A stretch of 64,000 bases of DNA, from contig CAVUSO010000001.1 of the NCBI GenBank assembly GCA_963744145.1, positions 3,584,001 to 3,648,000 on the forward strand, written 5' to 3'. Below are positions 1-10,752 of the stretch, piece after piece (within the stretch, counting starts at the first letter, position 1; every line of letters starts with the position of its first letter). The notes beneath the pieces are model-generated. The model had not been told where the DNA came from, did not search any database, and worked only from the letters and a program-made list of their open reading frames with translations. This DNA comes from an uncultured cyanobacterium. GTDB taxonomy: Bacteria; Cyanobacteriota; Cyanobacteriia; Cyanobacteriales; CAWUOF01. The translations under genes were made by a program, and so were the position numbers.

Positions 1-1742
1 TCACATAAAGCATTTGTTAACCCATTTACATCTGCATCATTAACATATAAAACTGCTTGACCAGCTACTTCCGGAATAGCAGTATTAGCACAGGTGATCA
101 CTGGACATCCACAAGCGATCGCTTCTAATACTGGTAAAGCAAATCCATCATATTTAGATGGATAAACCAATGCTACAGCACCAGTATAAACTAATCTTAA
201 CTCCTCCTCATTTAGTTCTAGTAGGTGGATAGCACTACCTGCGGTATAAGACCTAAATTCAGATTTTAATCTCGATTTAGTACCGATCCAAACAATTTCA
301 AATCCCTCTTTAGTCCAAAGCTGAGAAAAAGCTTTAAAAAATAAAATATTATTTTGATAATCCTCGTCTCTATCTACTAAAATAAAGTAAGGTTTGGCGA
401 TCCCATACTTATTTTTAAAAGAACTAATTTCAGCTTGGTTTGCTGGATAAAATTTACTGCTGATCCCACAATGAGCAACCTGAATAGATTCTAAAGAAAT
501 TCCTGAAAAAACCCTGACTAAGTCGTGAGCTGTATTTTCAGAAATCGAGATATAGGTAGAAGCATAACTGATCGCATCATGTTTTGCTTGTTCCTTTGGT
601 GCTTTAAGATCCGCACCCATAATTTCGGGAATTAGATCATAGGTGATACAGACAGACTGAGTTTTAATTGGTGTGGTATAATAAGTAGAGATAAATAAAT
701 CAGCACATTCTTGATCACATACTTGTTGTAGCATTTCGCGATCGCGCTCGATCGTAGTATAATCATAAGATGGCACAAATCTATATTTAACCCCGCTAAT
801 TTTCGGAACATTACCTCCTCGATCCAAAATGATGAGATACTGAGCAAAACCATTTTTTGCCCATTCTTCTAACAAGGATTTCCAGATCCGAATCATTCCG
901 GTTTTCTCAAACTGAAATAATATCCCATCAATCAATATTTTTGGAGATCCGATCTGAATTTGCGATAACTCTTCTGGTTGAGTAATTGTGCGATCGACCT
1001 TATTATCAATCACCCTAGGAAAATATTCAACCCCGGACTCAATAATTTTGTCAATGCTTTGGATCTCACTGGTCTTTTTGAAAATTGCATAACCATTACG
1101 AAGTTTTAAGTTCTGAGCAATGAGGGTATAATTACTATCTCTATCCAGTCGTTGTCGATTTTGATAATTTTTAAAAGTATTGACATCATCCAGACAAATA
1201 TATTTAGCTCCATAAACTTCCTCCAGTTCAGCTATCCCTGTAAACTCGGAACCATCGATTAAAACAATATCAAAATTATCGATATTATTTTCTTGTTTAA
1301 TTTTCCTAATCCCATGATCTTCAATTCCAGAGTTGGTAAGATATTCAATATCTTGACGTAACCATCCTAAAATAACCTCTAACGGACAAATACCGAAATT
1401 ATTTTGATTGCGATAATAAAATTCAGCTACTTCTATTTCAGTCGGAAAATCTGCAATAGACACAGATGAGATATTATAACATTTGACAAAATTATTTTGC
1501 TCATACCGATTTTGTAATTCTGCAAATCTCGGTTTTGAAACTTCTATGCAATACAAATTCGGCTGATTTTTATTTTCCAGAATTCCCGTTACAAACGCAG
1601 CTGTGCTTCCTGTTCCTGATGAAGAACCTATTTCCAAAATTGTCTTAATATCTTTTTCTCTGGCGATTTTTTTCAACTCATAATAAAACTCATCATTTTT
1701 GATCTCAGGGGGAATAATTCGATTAATTTCTGAATCTTTCAT
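1..1742 (-). CDS. Methyltransferase-like N-terminal domain fused to a GT4 glycosyltransferase (runs off the left edge)
   Basis: Manual translation from ATG at 1742 gives MKDSEINRIIPPEIK...LEIGSSSGTGST (SAM-binding-like) and later YPSKYDGFALPVLEAIACGCPVI (GT4 motif). There is no stop before base 1, which is why the ORF track lacks it. Confidence 0.8.
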   Translation of the reverse strand, partial: MKDSEINRIIPPEIKNDEFYYELKKIAREKDIKTILEIGSSSGTGSTAAFVTGILENKNQPNLYCIEVSKPRFAELQNRYEQNNFVKCYNISSVSIADFPTEIEVAEFYYRNQNNFGICPLEVILGWLRQDIEYLTNSGIEDHGIRKIKQENNIDNFDIVLIDGSEFTGIAELEEVYGAKYICLDDVNTFKNYQNRQRLDRDSNYTLIAQNLKLRNGYAIFKKTSEIQSIDKIIESGVEYFPRVIDNKVDRTITQPEELSQIQIGSPKILIDGILFQFEKTGMIRIWKSLLEEWAKNGFAQYLIILDRGGNVPKISGVKYRFVPSYDYTTIERDREMLQQVCDQECADLFISTYYTTPIKTQSVCITYDLIPEIMGADLKAPKEQAKHDAISYASTYISISENTAHDLVRVFSGISLESIQVAHCGISSKFYPANQAEISSFKNKYGIAKPYFILVDRDEDYQNNILFFKAFSQLWTKEGFEIVWIGTKSRLKSEFRSYTAGSAIHLLELNEEELRLVYTGAVALVYPSKYDGFALPVLEAIACGCPVITCANTAIPEVAGQAVLYVNDADVNGLTNALC

Positions 1743-1759
1743 ATCGAATGTAATCCTTT

Positions 1760-2161
1760 TCAATTCTGATTAATTTGCTGTTTGAGAGTAGCTAATTGCT
1801 GCTGATAATCTGTCCGTTCAGGATATAATTTTACCAGTTTCTCTACAGGTGCGATCGCCCCCTTAATATCTTTCATCTGAATTTTCGTGTTTGCTAAACC
1901 TTCCAACGCTGTCTGGTTATCTGGTTCCCGTTTTAAAACTGCTTCATATCCTCTTACTTCAAGTTCCAATTTGGAGGTAGGAGAGGTATCTCCTACCTTT
2001 CTTTCCACCTTTGAGTTAGCAAAAGCGGTGCTGATAAACTGGAATGCTCCAAATACCCCTGTTCCTCCAAATGATATAATGGAGACGAGCGCGAAAATCC
2101 GTTGGATTAGCTGTTGACGTTCGCGACGGGATGTGTAATAATCTTGCTCACTAATGGCCAT
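1760..2161 (-). CDS. Membrane-anchored TPR protein
   Basis: One TM helix followed by TPR-like GYEAVLKREPDNQTALEGLA. ATG 2161 follows an AGAGG Shine-Dalgarno-like site. Confidence 0.7.
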   Translation of the reverse strand: MAISEQDYYTSRRERQQLIQRIFALVSIISFGGTGVFGAFQFISTAFANSKVERKVGDTSPTSKLELEVRGYEAVLKREPDNQTALEGLANTKIQMKDIKGAIAPVEKLVKLYPERTDYQQQLATLKQQINQN

Positions 2162-2235
2162 TGTGTTAACCTCTTCTTGATTGCTTAATTTGAGCATACC
2201 CAAATTTTTCTCCAAAACCATCAGTCTATTTCCTT

Positions 2236-4812
2236 TTAAAAAACTTGAGCAAATTTCATAATTTTTAACAATTTTTCCAAATTCACAAAAATATCTTCAT
2301 TAATGGGACTAGGATAGATTAACTTGTGTAGGTATACTCCTGTCGGAATCTCTCCTAATAAATAATAATATTCTAAATCTACTAGATTACTTAACCACCA
2401 GTAACAATGATAAACATAATTTGGGGAAAAAATTTCGATTAATTTCGTCCTCTCTTGACAAAATATGGTATTGGTTAACCCACTACCATGAGCAGCTACT
2501 ATTACTTTAGCATTAGCTAGCAATGCAGCTTGTTTTTTGACTGACATTGATTCTAAATTTACACTTTTAAACCCATAATTCTCTAATAACTTGATCACCT
2601 CATCTTCATTGATAATCCGACGATTAGCTGCTAATTTACGACTGATATATAAATGCTCAATTTTCTCTGAGTTGTCGATCGCTTGTTGGTCTAAAAAGTG
2701 ATGACGGAGAAACTCACAAGTCCATTTTGGCATCCAAGCGATCGTTCCAGGAAAAGATGGTACTATTAATCGGTTTGCTTGGATATGATGATATTGATCT
2801 ACTGCGATTATTTTGGATTCAGGAATACCCAAATTGTTCAATGTTTCTGTTTGAAAGGAAAGCTGATTGCTGACTAAAAATTGATCAATTTTCCCTAACT
2901 CTATCTCACTATTATATAGTAATTGCAGCCGGGGCAAAATATCAAGCATCCAATGAAAATAGACATTATTTAATAATCCAGCTAAAACTACTACTGTTCC
3001 GTCGATCTTTTGAATTGGTGGTAATTTTCCTAAAGAAAAAATCGAATGTTTGCTAGGATGTTGATCGGGATGTCCTGGACTTAAGACTGGAAATTCTAGA
3101 GATAGATCTCCTAAAATTTTCTGATCGGTCGTGATGATCGCTGTACTAGACTGAGTTTTATTTAACCAAAAACGTCCATTGGGGATAATGGTGACAAAGC
3201 TAGCTGGTAACTTCATCTGATCTCCAAATCTAAAACTAAAATGGATAGTTTCTTCGGGGGTATGAGGTGGAGTTAAATCTATGATATTTTCCGGGTAAAT
3301 CGGTAGATAATTAGTTGTCTCTAAATTCCCAGAAATTGCCCATTCTTTAGTAGTTTCATAAAAACTATTAGGAGGTTCAATTGGTAAAATATTATGAATT
3401 ACTAAAGTTTGACGATCTAATTTACCTTGTTCACAAAGCAAGATCATTAGCTGATCTAGTGCTTGAGCTAAATCTGGATTAATTTCGATTAAAGTTCGGA
3501 AACTAGCGATCGCTTCTGTGATTCTCCCTAATTCTGCTAAAGCAATCCCTAAATTACAATAAGCATCGACATAATTAGGTTGAATATGTAAAACCTTCTG
3601 GTAATAACTAATTGCTTCCTCCCATCTCCCACTGGTAGCTAAAACCAATCCTAAACAAAAGTAAACTTCAGCTATATTTGGATTAATCTGTAACGCTTTT
3701 TCATACAGAGCGATCGCACCGAGATGATTTCCCAGATGAGCATAAATCTTCCCTAACTCTAAATAGTTTTCCTCTCCATTAGGCTCAAGTTGGATGGCTT
3801 TTTGATAAACTGCGATCGCTGACTCAAAATCTTCTTGTTTTGCGAAAGCTTTCCCCATTTCCAAATACAATTCAGCCGATTCACATTGTAACTGTAAAGC
3901 TTTCTGAAAACTAGCGATCGCCAGATCAAAATGATGTTCTCTTGCTAAAATCTTGCCTAAGTATAAATAGATATTCAATTGCTTATCGGGCGAATTTAAA
4001 AGGTTAATCAAACTAAAGCCAATCGGCATTATATCATTGATTTGCTTAGGGAAGACTAAATTCTGATTAACTTCAGCAATTTGCAGAGATTTTTGCCAAT
4101 AATCAATTGCCTCATCGATTTTACCTTGAGTTAACCAAATATAGCCTAAATCTGCATAAGCGGTCGCATAATCTGACTTGATGGTAATGGCTGTTTCCCA
4201 ACAAGCGATCGCCCGTTCCGCATTTCTTACTTGCCAAAAACACCAACCCAGATTATAATAAATATCTGGACTCTGGAACGGCAACTCTAAAATTTTCAAA
4301 TAATAAGTGATCGCTCCCTCAAAATCTGTTAACTTTTGCAATAATTCAGCCAAATCGAGATAAACTTCAACTAAACTAGGATTAAGATTAATCGTTGTTT
4401 CCCAACAAGCGATCGCTTGGTAAAAATCACCTTGCTGAGATAAAGCACAACCTAAATAATAATGAGCTTCAACCTGATCAAAATCAAAATCTATAATTTG
4501 CTCATAAAGCTGTTGTGCTAATTTAAACTTGCGCTGCTCCAGATGTCGTTTGGCTTCAGCTCTTAGTATACCCAATAAATCCACCATTTGATCATCGAGT
4601 TCGGCTGGATTAATTTGAGCAAGAGCAGATAACCAAATCGTTTCAGCTTGCACAGTTTCACCGAGCAGAAACCAACCAAGACCTAAATACCAATAATGAG
4701 AAATTAACCCAGGATCAGCAGCAAGCGATCGCTCCCAGATAGCGATCGCTTCCTTATATTGAAATTGCGCTAAATATTCAGCAGCTTGTTGTTGCATTTT
4801 CGCAATATTCAA
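2236..4812 (-). CDS. TPR-repeat protein with C-terminal glycosyltransferase family 61 (DUF563) domain
   Basis: Many TPR units (AI..YQKALQ..P), then YFHWMLDILPRL, YISRK..RRIINE and AAHGSGLTN motifs. Confidence 0.85.
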   Translation of the reverse strand: MNIAKMQQQAAEYLAQFQYKEAIAIWERSLAADPGLISHYWYLGLGWFLLGETVQAETIWLSALAQINPAELDDQMVDLLGILRAEAKRHLEQRKFKLAQQLYEQIIDFDFDQVEAHYYLGCALSQQGDFYQAIACWETTINLNPSLVEVYLDLAELLQKLTDFEGAITYYLKILELPFQSPDIYYNLGWCFWQVRNAERAIACWETAITIKSDYATAYADLGYIWLTQGKIDEAIDYWQKSLQIAEVNQNLVFPKQINDIMPIGFSLINLLNSPDKQLNIYLYLGKILAREHHFDLAIASFQKALQLQCESAELYLEMGKAFAKQEDFESAIAVYQKAIQLEPNGEENYLELGKIYAHLGNHLGAIALYEKALQINPNIAEVYFCLGLVLATSGRWEEAISYYQKVLHIQPNYVDAYCNLGIALAELGRITEAIASFRTLIEINPDLAQALDQLMILLCEQGKLDRQTLVIHNILPIEPPNSFYETTKEWAISGNLETTNYLPIYPENIIDLTPPHTPEETIHFSFRFGDQMKLPASFVTIIPNGRFWLNKTQSSTAIITTDQKILGDLSLEFPVLSPGHPDQHPSKHSIFSLGKLPPIQKIDGTVVVLAGLLNNVYFHWMLDILPRLQLLYNSEIELGKIDQFLVSNQLSFQTETLNNLGIPESKIIAVDQYHHIQANRLIVPSFPGTIAWMPKWTCEFLRHHFLDQQAIDNSEKIEHLYISRKLAANRRIINEDEVIKLLENYGFKSVNLESMSVKKQAALLANAKVIVAAHGSGLTNTIFCQERTKLIEIFSPNYVYHCYWWLSNLVDLEYYYLLGEIPTGVYLHKLIYPSPINEDIFVNLEKLLKIMKFAQVF

Positions 4813-5039
4813 AGGCTACCTCCACTGAGTCAGATTCACAAAAGTATATAGTCATTATACCTAATCGTCAATCATTGATATTAAATGTGGTAGAGAGAAA
4901 AATGTCAGAAAAATTTAGAAAATTTAAGATTCAAACCTGAGAGAAATTGCCACAATAAAAGAAGAAAGATTAACAGTAAATCACGGGATATTGGCCGAAA
5001 CGCAAATAATCCGGTAATTGGTGAAGTGGAGAGCAAAAA

Positions 5040-6408
5040 ATGGGTATCGCGAGTATTAATCCAGCTACGGGAGAAATTCTGCAAAGTTTTGTAGCACTGA
5101 CCGATACAGAGATTGAATCCAAGCTGGAAAAAGCTCAACAAGCATTTAAACAGTATCGGAAAACCTCGATCAGCCAAAGAGGACAGTGGTTAAATGCAAC
5201 TGCACAGATTTTAGAAGAAAACAAAACAGAATTTGCCAAAACCATGACCCTGGAAATGGGCAAAACGCTTAAATCCGCGATCGCAGAAGTGGAAAAATGC
5301 GCTCTCGTCTGTCGTTATTATGCCGAAAACGCAGGGCAATTTTTAGCCGATCTCCCTGCTACTACAGATGCTAGTCAAAGCTTTGTCCGCTATCAACCCC
5401 TTGGTCCAATTCTAGCAGTAATGCCCTGGAATTTTCCATTTTGGCAAGTATTTCGGTTTGCAGCTCCAGCATTAATGGCAGGAAATGTCGGATTACTCAA
5501 ACACGCTTCTAATGTACCCCAATGCGCCTTAGCGATCGAAAAAATCTTTCAGCAAGCAGGATTTCCGGAAGACACCTTTCAAACCTTGTTAGTTGGAGCT
5601 AATCAAGTAGCAGGGATAATTGCCGATCCCCGGGTCATGGCTGCTACACTTACGGGTAGCGAGGGAGCAGGGATTAGTCTAGCTAGCAATGCTGGTAAAC
5701 AAATTAAAAAAACTGTTTTAGAATTAGGAGGTAGTGATCCTTTTATTGTATTAGATAGTGCCGACCTGGAAGCAGCTGTAACTACAGGAGTTACAGCCCG
5801 CATGATTAACAATGGACAATCATGTATTGCAGCCAAACGGTTTATTCTGACCAATGCGATCGCCGATCAATTTGAGGAAAAATTTGTCGCCAAGTTTAAA
5901 GCCTTACGCATTGGCGATCCCATGGATGATAGCACCGACGTTCGGACCTTTGGCAACTGGTCCCATCCTCAAGGAACTTGATGATCTGGTCCAAATTTGC
6001 CTAGCAAAAGGAGCTCGTGCTTTAACGGGAGGATCTCCTCTGAGCGATCGTCCTGGTCACTACTATCCTCCGACCATTCTCACCGACTTTTCCCCTGGAT
6101 CACCAGCCTATCAAGAAGAATTTTTTGGACCAGTTGCCTTAGTATTTCGAGTAACTAACATTGATGAAGCCATCGAACTAGCTAATAGCACTTCTTTTGG
6201 ATTAGGAGCAAGTGCTTGGACAAATATCCCAGCAGAACGCGATCGCTTAATCGAAGAACTGGAAGCGGGTGCAGTATTTATTAATGGGTTAGTCAAATCC
6301 GATCCCAGACTACCCTTTGGAGGGATTAAACGTTCCGGATACGGACGCGAATTAAGTATCCAAGGAATTCACGAATTTGTCAATATCAAAACCGTGTGGG
6401 TTAAATAG
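5040..6408 (+). CDS. gabD: NAD(P)-dependent succinate-semialdehyde dehydrogenase, +1 frameshift near 5943
   Basis: PWNFP, LELGGSDP, GQSC, EEFFGP and PFGGIKRSG motifs. Removing one base from GACGTTCGGACC restores DVGPLA. Confidence 0.85.
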
Positions 6409-6413
6409 GACCA

Positions 6414-8051
6414 ATGAATACCGCAGAATTATTAGTACGTTGTCTGGAAAATGAAGGAGTCCGATACATCTTCGGACTTCCTGGGGAAGAAAATATGCAC
6501 GTTTTGGAAGCATTGAGAAATTCTTCCATTCAGTTTATCACCACCCGTCACGAACAAGGAGCTGCTTTTATGGCAGATGTCTATGGTCGATTAACGGGTC
6601 GTGCGGGAGTATGTCTATCTACTCTCGGTCCTGGTGCGACTAACTTAATGACTGGAGTAGCTGATGCTAATCTGGATCGTGCCCCATTAGTGGCAATTAC
6701 GGGACAAGTAGGAACCGATCGGATGCACATTGAATCCCACCAATATCTAGATTTGGTCGCAATGTTTTCTCCAGTCACCAAATGGAATACCCAAATAGTC
6801 CGACCCAGTATTGCTCCCGAAGTAGTCCGTCGCGCTTTTAAATTCGCACAAACCGAAAAACCAGGAGCAGTCCATATTGATGTCCCCGAAAATATTGCAG
6901 CTATGCCCGCTAGTGGGGAACCTTTAAGCATAGGAGTTTTAGAAAAAACCTTCGCATCTTTCCGGAGTATCGAAAAAGCCGCAGCCCAAATTTCTGCTGC
7001 TCATGATCCCATAATTTTAGTTGGCAATGGTGCAATTCGTGCTAGTGCGAGTGTCGCAGTGACCGAATTTGCCAGTAAATTGAATATTCCTGTCGCTAAT
7101 ACATTTATGGGTAAAGGTGCGATTCCTTATACCCATCCCCTAGCTTTGTGGTCAGTTGGTTTACAACTAAGGGATTATATTAGCTGTGGATTTGATAATA
7201 CGGACTTAGTGATTGCGATCGGCTATGATTTAATCGAATATTCCCCCAAAAAATGGAATGCTGCGGGGAAAATTCCAATTATCCATATTGACTCTCTCCC
7301 CGCAGAAATAGATAGTAGCTATATTCCTCAAGTCGAAGTAGTTGGAGATATTTCTGATTCTCTGTCCGAAATTTTACTCAGAGCCGATCGGACTGGTAAA
7401 CCAAATTCTTATGCTTCACAATTGCGCGATGATATCCGTGCTGATTACGAACGCTATGCGAATGATGATGGTTTCCCCATTAAACCTCAAAAATTAATTT
7501 ATGATTTGCGTCAAGTCATGGGACCCGAAGACATCGTCATTTCTGATGTCGGAGCTCATAAAATGTGGATGGCTCGTCATTATCATTGCGATCGCCCAAA
7601 TACTTGTATCATTTCTAATGGATTTGCTGCCATGGGTATTGCTATCCCGGGTGCGATCGCAGCTAAATTAGTTGCACCCAAACAGCGAGTAGTTGCTGTG
7701 ACCGGGGATGGTGGATTTATGATGAATTGTCAAGAATTAGAAACAGCACTGCGGATTGGAACTCCTTTCGTTACCATTATTTTTAATGATGGTGGTTATG
7801 GTTTAATCGAATGGAAACAACAAAATCAGATGGGTAATTCGGCTTTTATCAAATTTGGTAATCCAGATTTTGTCAAATTTGCTGAAAGTATGGGTTTAAA
7901 AGGGTATCGAATTGAATCTACTGCTGATTTTGTCCCGATGCTGAAAACCGCACTTGAGCAAGAAGTCCCTTCTGTCATTGACTGTCGAGTTGATTACCGA
8001 GAAAATCTCCGTTTTACGCAAAAAGCGGGTGAATTGAGTTGTGCGATGTAA
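6414..8051 (+). CDS. ThDP-dependent acetolactate-synthase-like enzyme, probably 2-oxoglutarate decarboxylase
   Basis: RHEQGAAFMA and GDGGFMM...N ThDP motifs. It starts 5 bp after the SSADH gene, matching the known cyanobacterial 2-OG decarboxylase/SSADH operon. Confidence 0.8.
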   Translation: MNTAELLVRCLENEGVRYIFGLPGEENMHVLEALRNSSIQFITTRHEQGAAFMADVYGRLTGRAGVCLSTLGPGATNLMTGVADANLDRAPLVAITGQVGTDRMHIESHQYLDLVAMFSPVTKWNTQIVRPSIAPEVVRRAFKFAQTEKPGAVHIDVPENIAAMPASGEPLSIGVLEKTFASFRSIEKAAAQISAAHDPIILVGNGAIRASASVAVTEFASKLNIPVANTFMGKGAIPYTHPLALWSVGLQLRDYISCGFDNTDLVIAIGYDLIEYSPKKWNAAGKIPIIHIDSLPAEIDSSYIPQVEVVGDISDSLSEILLRADRTGKPNSYASQLRDDIRADYERYANDDGFPIKPQKLIYDLRQVMGPEDIVISDVGAHKMWMARHYHCDRPNTCIISNGFAAMGIAIPGAIAAKLVAPKQRVVAVTGDGGFMMNCQELETALRIGTPFVTIIFNDGGYGLIEWKQQNQMGNSAFIKFGNPDFVKFAESMGLKGYRIESTADFVPMLKTALEQEVPSVIDCRVDYRENLRFTQKAGELSCAM

Positions 8052-8077
8052 CTCTATAGAGTCCTGACATATATTAG

Positions 8078-8264
8078 CAGGACTATTTCATCCTCGATCC
8101 TAAATTCAGACCTAACCCCCCAACCCCCTTCCCTACAAGGGAAGGGGGAGTAATTAAGATCATTAAATTTATGGGATGTTTAAGCAGATTAATTCTAATC
8201 CCCTTTCCTCTTAGGAGAGGGGTTGGGGGAGAGGTCAAACAATTTGTAGCATGAAACAGTCCTG
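8078..8264. mobile_element. MITE-like element with 14-bp TIRs and two internal G/C-rich hairpin repeats
   Basis: CAGGACTATTTCAT ... ATGAAACAGTCCTG (1 mismatch). Internal CCCCCTTCCCTACAAGGGAAGGGGG hairpin. An inverted relative lies at 11952-12118. Confidence 0.7.
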
Positions 8265-8309
8265 TATATATTAAAGGTATATCTCACTCTTATTTAATTA
8301 ATCATCCCA

Positions 8310-9092
8310 ATGAAAATTGCTACCTGGAATGTTAATTCAATCCGTACTCGTTTAGAACAAGTCAGTCAATGGTTACAAACAAATCCAGTTGATGTCCTCT
8401 GTCTCCAAGAAACCAAAGTCGTAGATGCTGATTTTCCCATGTCACCTCTCCAAGATTTAGGTTATCATGTCTATATATTTGGGCAAAAATCTTATAACGA
8501 TGTCGCTATTCTCAGTCAGATACCCTTAACTAATCTCAGCCTGGGATTTGCGCCAATTATCGGTGATAATGATTATGAAGAACAAAAACGGTTAATCGCT
8601 GGTACTTGTAATGGGATTCGCATTATTAATGTTTATGTTCCCAATGGTGCCGAAGTCGGTAGTGATAAATATATTTATAAATTAAACTGGTTAAACCATC
8701 TGGGTGAATATTTAAAAATTAGCCTTGACAAAAATCCAGATTTATGTATATGCGGAGATTTTAATATTGCTCCAGACGATCGGGATATTCATAACCCAAC
8801 TATTGCTAAAAACTCAGTTATGGCTTCAGAACCAGAACGTCAAGCCTTACAAGAACTGCTAAACTTAGGTTTACAGGATGCTTTTCGGAAATTTACCACC
8901 GAGGGAGGATATTTTAGTTGGTGGGATTATCGGGCTCGTGCTTTTGAGCGTAACAAAGGATGGCGGATCGATCATCACTATCTGAGTGCTAATCTATATG
9001 AAAAATGTATTAGCTGCACCATTGATAAATCCCCTCGTCAACTGAGTAAACCGAGTGACCATACCCCAGCGATCGCGGAATTTTCTCTCTAA
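8310..9092 (+). CDS. xth: Exodeoxyribonuclease III
   Basis: MKIATWNVNS, LQETK, GDFNIAP, WWDYR, GWRIDH and SDH motifs. Confidence 0.95.
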   Translation: MKIATWNVNSIRTRLEQVSQWLQTNPVDVLCLQETKVVDADFPMSPLQDLGYHVYIFGQKSYNDVAILSQIPLTNLSLGFAPIIGDNDYEEQKRLIAGTCNGIRIINVYVPNGAEVGSDKYIYKLNWLNHLGEYLKISLDKNPDLCICGDFNIAPDDRDIHNPTIAKNSVMASEPERQALQELLNLGLQDAFRKFTTEGGYFSWWDYRARAFERNKGWRIDHHYLSANLYEKCISCTIDKSPRQLSKPSDHTPAIAEFSL

Positions 9093-9171
9093 GTATGTGG
9101 AACTATTGAGCAATTAATTGCGACAATATAAGTGTTAACTTAAATTAGCTCCAGGAGCAAGTAAACATCAG

Positions 9172-9687
9172 GTGTTACATCTAATCAAAAAACTATTTCC
9201 TCAACAATCTCAATCTGGTTCACCTCCTACCCAGTAATCGATTAATTGGGTAATTCCCGGACAGCTAGCAGTAGGTAGTTTACCACGTTCTGGTGCAGAT
9301 ATCCCATTAGGTGAAGCCAATATTCAAGTAATTCTCTCTTTATGTCATCCTTCCGAAGGAAACCTACCAGATCAAGTTGCTCAAAATTTTCACTGTATTA
9401 GATACGTTTTACCTGATAGTTATTATGAAACAGAAATTACCGGTGAGCAAATTCACCAAGTAGTAGAAATAATTAGACATCATTTAGAAAATCATCAACC
9501 AATATACGTGCATTGTTTAGCTGGAATTGAGCGCTCTCCCACAGTTTGTATTGCGTATTTATGTCGCTATCATAATTTAGAAATTTGGGAAGCAACAAAT
9601 TGGCTCAAGGAAATTCATCCACGTTCCCACCCGTCAGCATCAGGAATGAAAGCAATTCAAGATTTTCTTGCTACTGCAACTGTTTAA
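9172..9687 (+). pseudogene. Dual-specificity protein phosphatase with an in-frame stop at 9235-9237 (or a non-canonical start at about 9241)
   Basis: Manual translation gives INWVIPGQLAVGSLP...VHCLAGIERSPT (HCX5R). Absent from the ORF track. Confidence 0.75.
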
Positions 9688-9728
9688 TAAAAACTGGAAA
9701 TTTGCAATTATTTATTAATCAGGTTAAA

Positions 9729-10355
9729 ATGACCCAATCAGAAGCTAATTTTAATCTCCAACCCGTTCAGATTCCCGCTGGATATATCAATATTATGGGA
9801 TATGTCGATGAGTCGGAAGTAAATGGTCCGGGAAGTCGTGCGGTAGTCTGGGTTCAAGGATGTGCGAGAGAATGTCCCGGATGTTTTAATCCCACATCCT
9901 GGTCTTTTTCAATTAATCAACTGATTGCGATCGATGATCTAGTCAAAAAGATTCTGAGCAATTCCCAAAATGAAGGTGTAACTTTTTCTGGTGGAGAACC
10001 TTTTTGGCAAGCATCTAGTTTAGCAGAAGTAGCGCGTCAAGTTAAAGCAGTGGGATTGAATGTAATGTCTTTTACAGGATTTACTTTAGCAAAATTGCGA
10101 TCGCCCTCTGCCCCACCAGGATCTGAAGATTTATTAGCCCAACTTGATCTATTAATTGACGGTCCTTATATAGAATCCTTAGCAATTAATCAACCCAATT
10201 CTCTAGTTTCCTCTAGTAATCAACGAGTCCATATTTTTAATCCTAACTTGAGCGATCGATTAACTTGGGCAAGTGACCAGATGGAAATTCATATTCTGAA
10301 AGATGGTAGTCGGATTGTGACCGGATATCGTGGTCAAATGAATTTATTTGACTAG
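9729..10355 (+). CDS. Radical SAM protein, NrdG/organic-radical-activase-like
   Basis: VNGPGSR..WVQGCARECPGCFN (CX3CX2C), GVTFSGGEP and DLLIDGPY. Confidence 0.8.
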   Translation: MTQSEANFNLQPVQIPAGYINIMGYVDESEVNGPGSRAVVWVQGCARECPGCFNPTSWSFSINQLIAIDDLVKKILSNSQNEGVTFSGGEPFWQASSLAEVARQVKAVGLNVMSFTGFTLAKLRSPSAPPGSEDLLAQLDLLIDGPYIESLAINQPNSLVSSSNQRVHIFNPNLSDRLTWASDQMEIHILKDGSRIVTGYRGQMNLFD

Positions 10356-10476
10356 CAGAAAATAGAAAAAATTGCTTATGGTCAATGAAGGCTAAATATG
10401 GAGTATAATAATCGTGTTATACCTAACATTGTAGGAAGAGAAATATTTAGTTACAATATGTAGTAACAATCAAGAT

Positions 10477-10752
10477 ATGGAATTTGAGTGGGATGAGACT
10501 AAACGTCTTGCTAACCTTCACAAACATGGCATTGACTTTATCGACGTTTCAGTAGTTTTTGATGGAGACATCGTGACGGTTGAGGATGATCGGTTCAGTT
10601 ATGGGGAGCAGAGGTTTGTGACTTTTGGTTTGTTGCAAGGGATAGTAGTCGCGATTGTCCATACAGAACGAGAGAAAGTTACCCGGATTATTTCTGCTAG
10701 GAAAGCAACCAAATATGAACAACGAATTTACTTTGAGCAAATCTCAAACTGA
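10477..10752 (+). CDS. brnT: BrnT family type II toxin
   Basis: MEFEWDETK..N..KHGIDF and RIISARKA motifs. Confidence 0.9.
   Translation: MEFEWDETKRLANLHKHGIDFIDVSVVFDGDIVTVEDDRFSYGEQRFVTFGLLQGIVVAIVHTEREKVTRIISARKATKYEQRIYFEQISN

Noticed and set aside
632..853. 73-aa minus-strand ORF
   Set aside because: It is an alternative frame inside the long glycosyltransferase gene.
5854..5981. Programmed frameshifting in gabD
   Set aside because: There is no slippery sequence, and a single extra base explains the split.
9585..9728. N-terminal extension of the radical SAM ORF
   Set aside because: It overlaps the phosphatase frame; ATG 9729 is more plausible.
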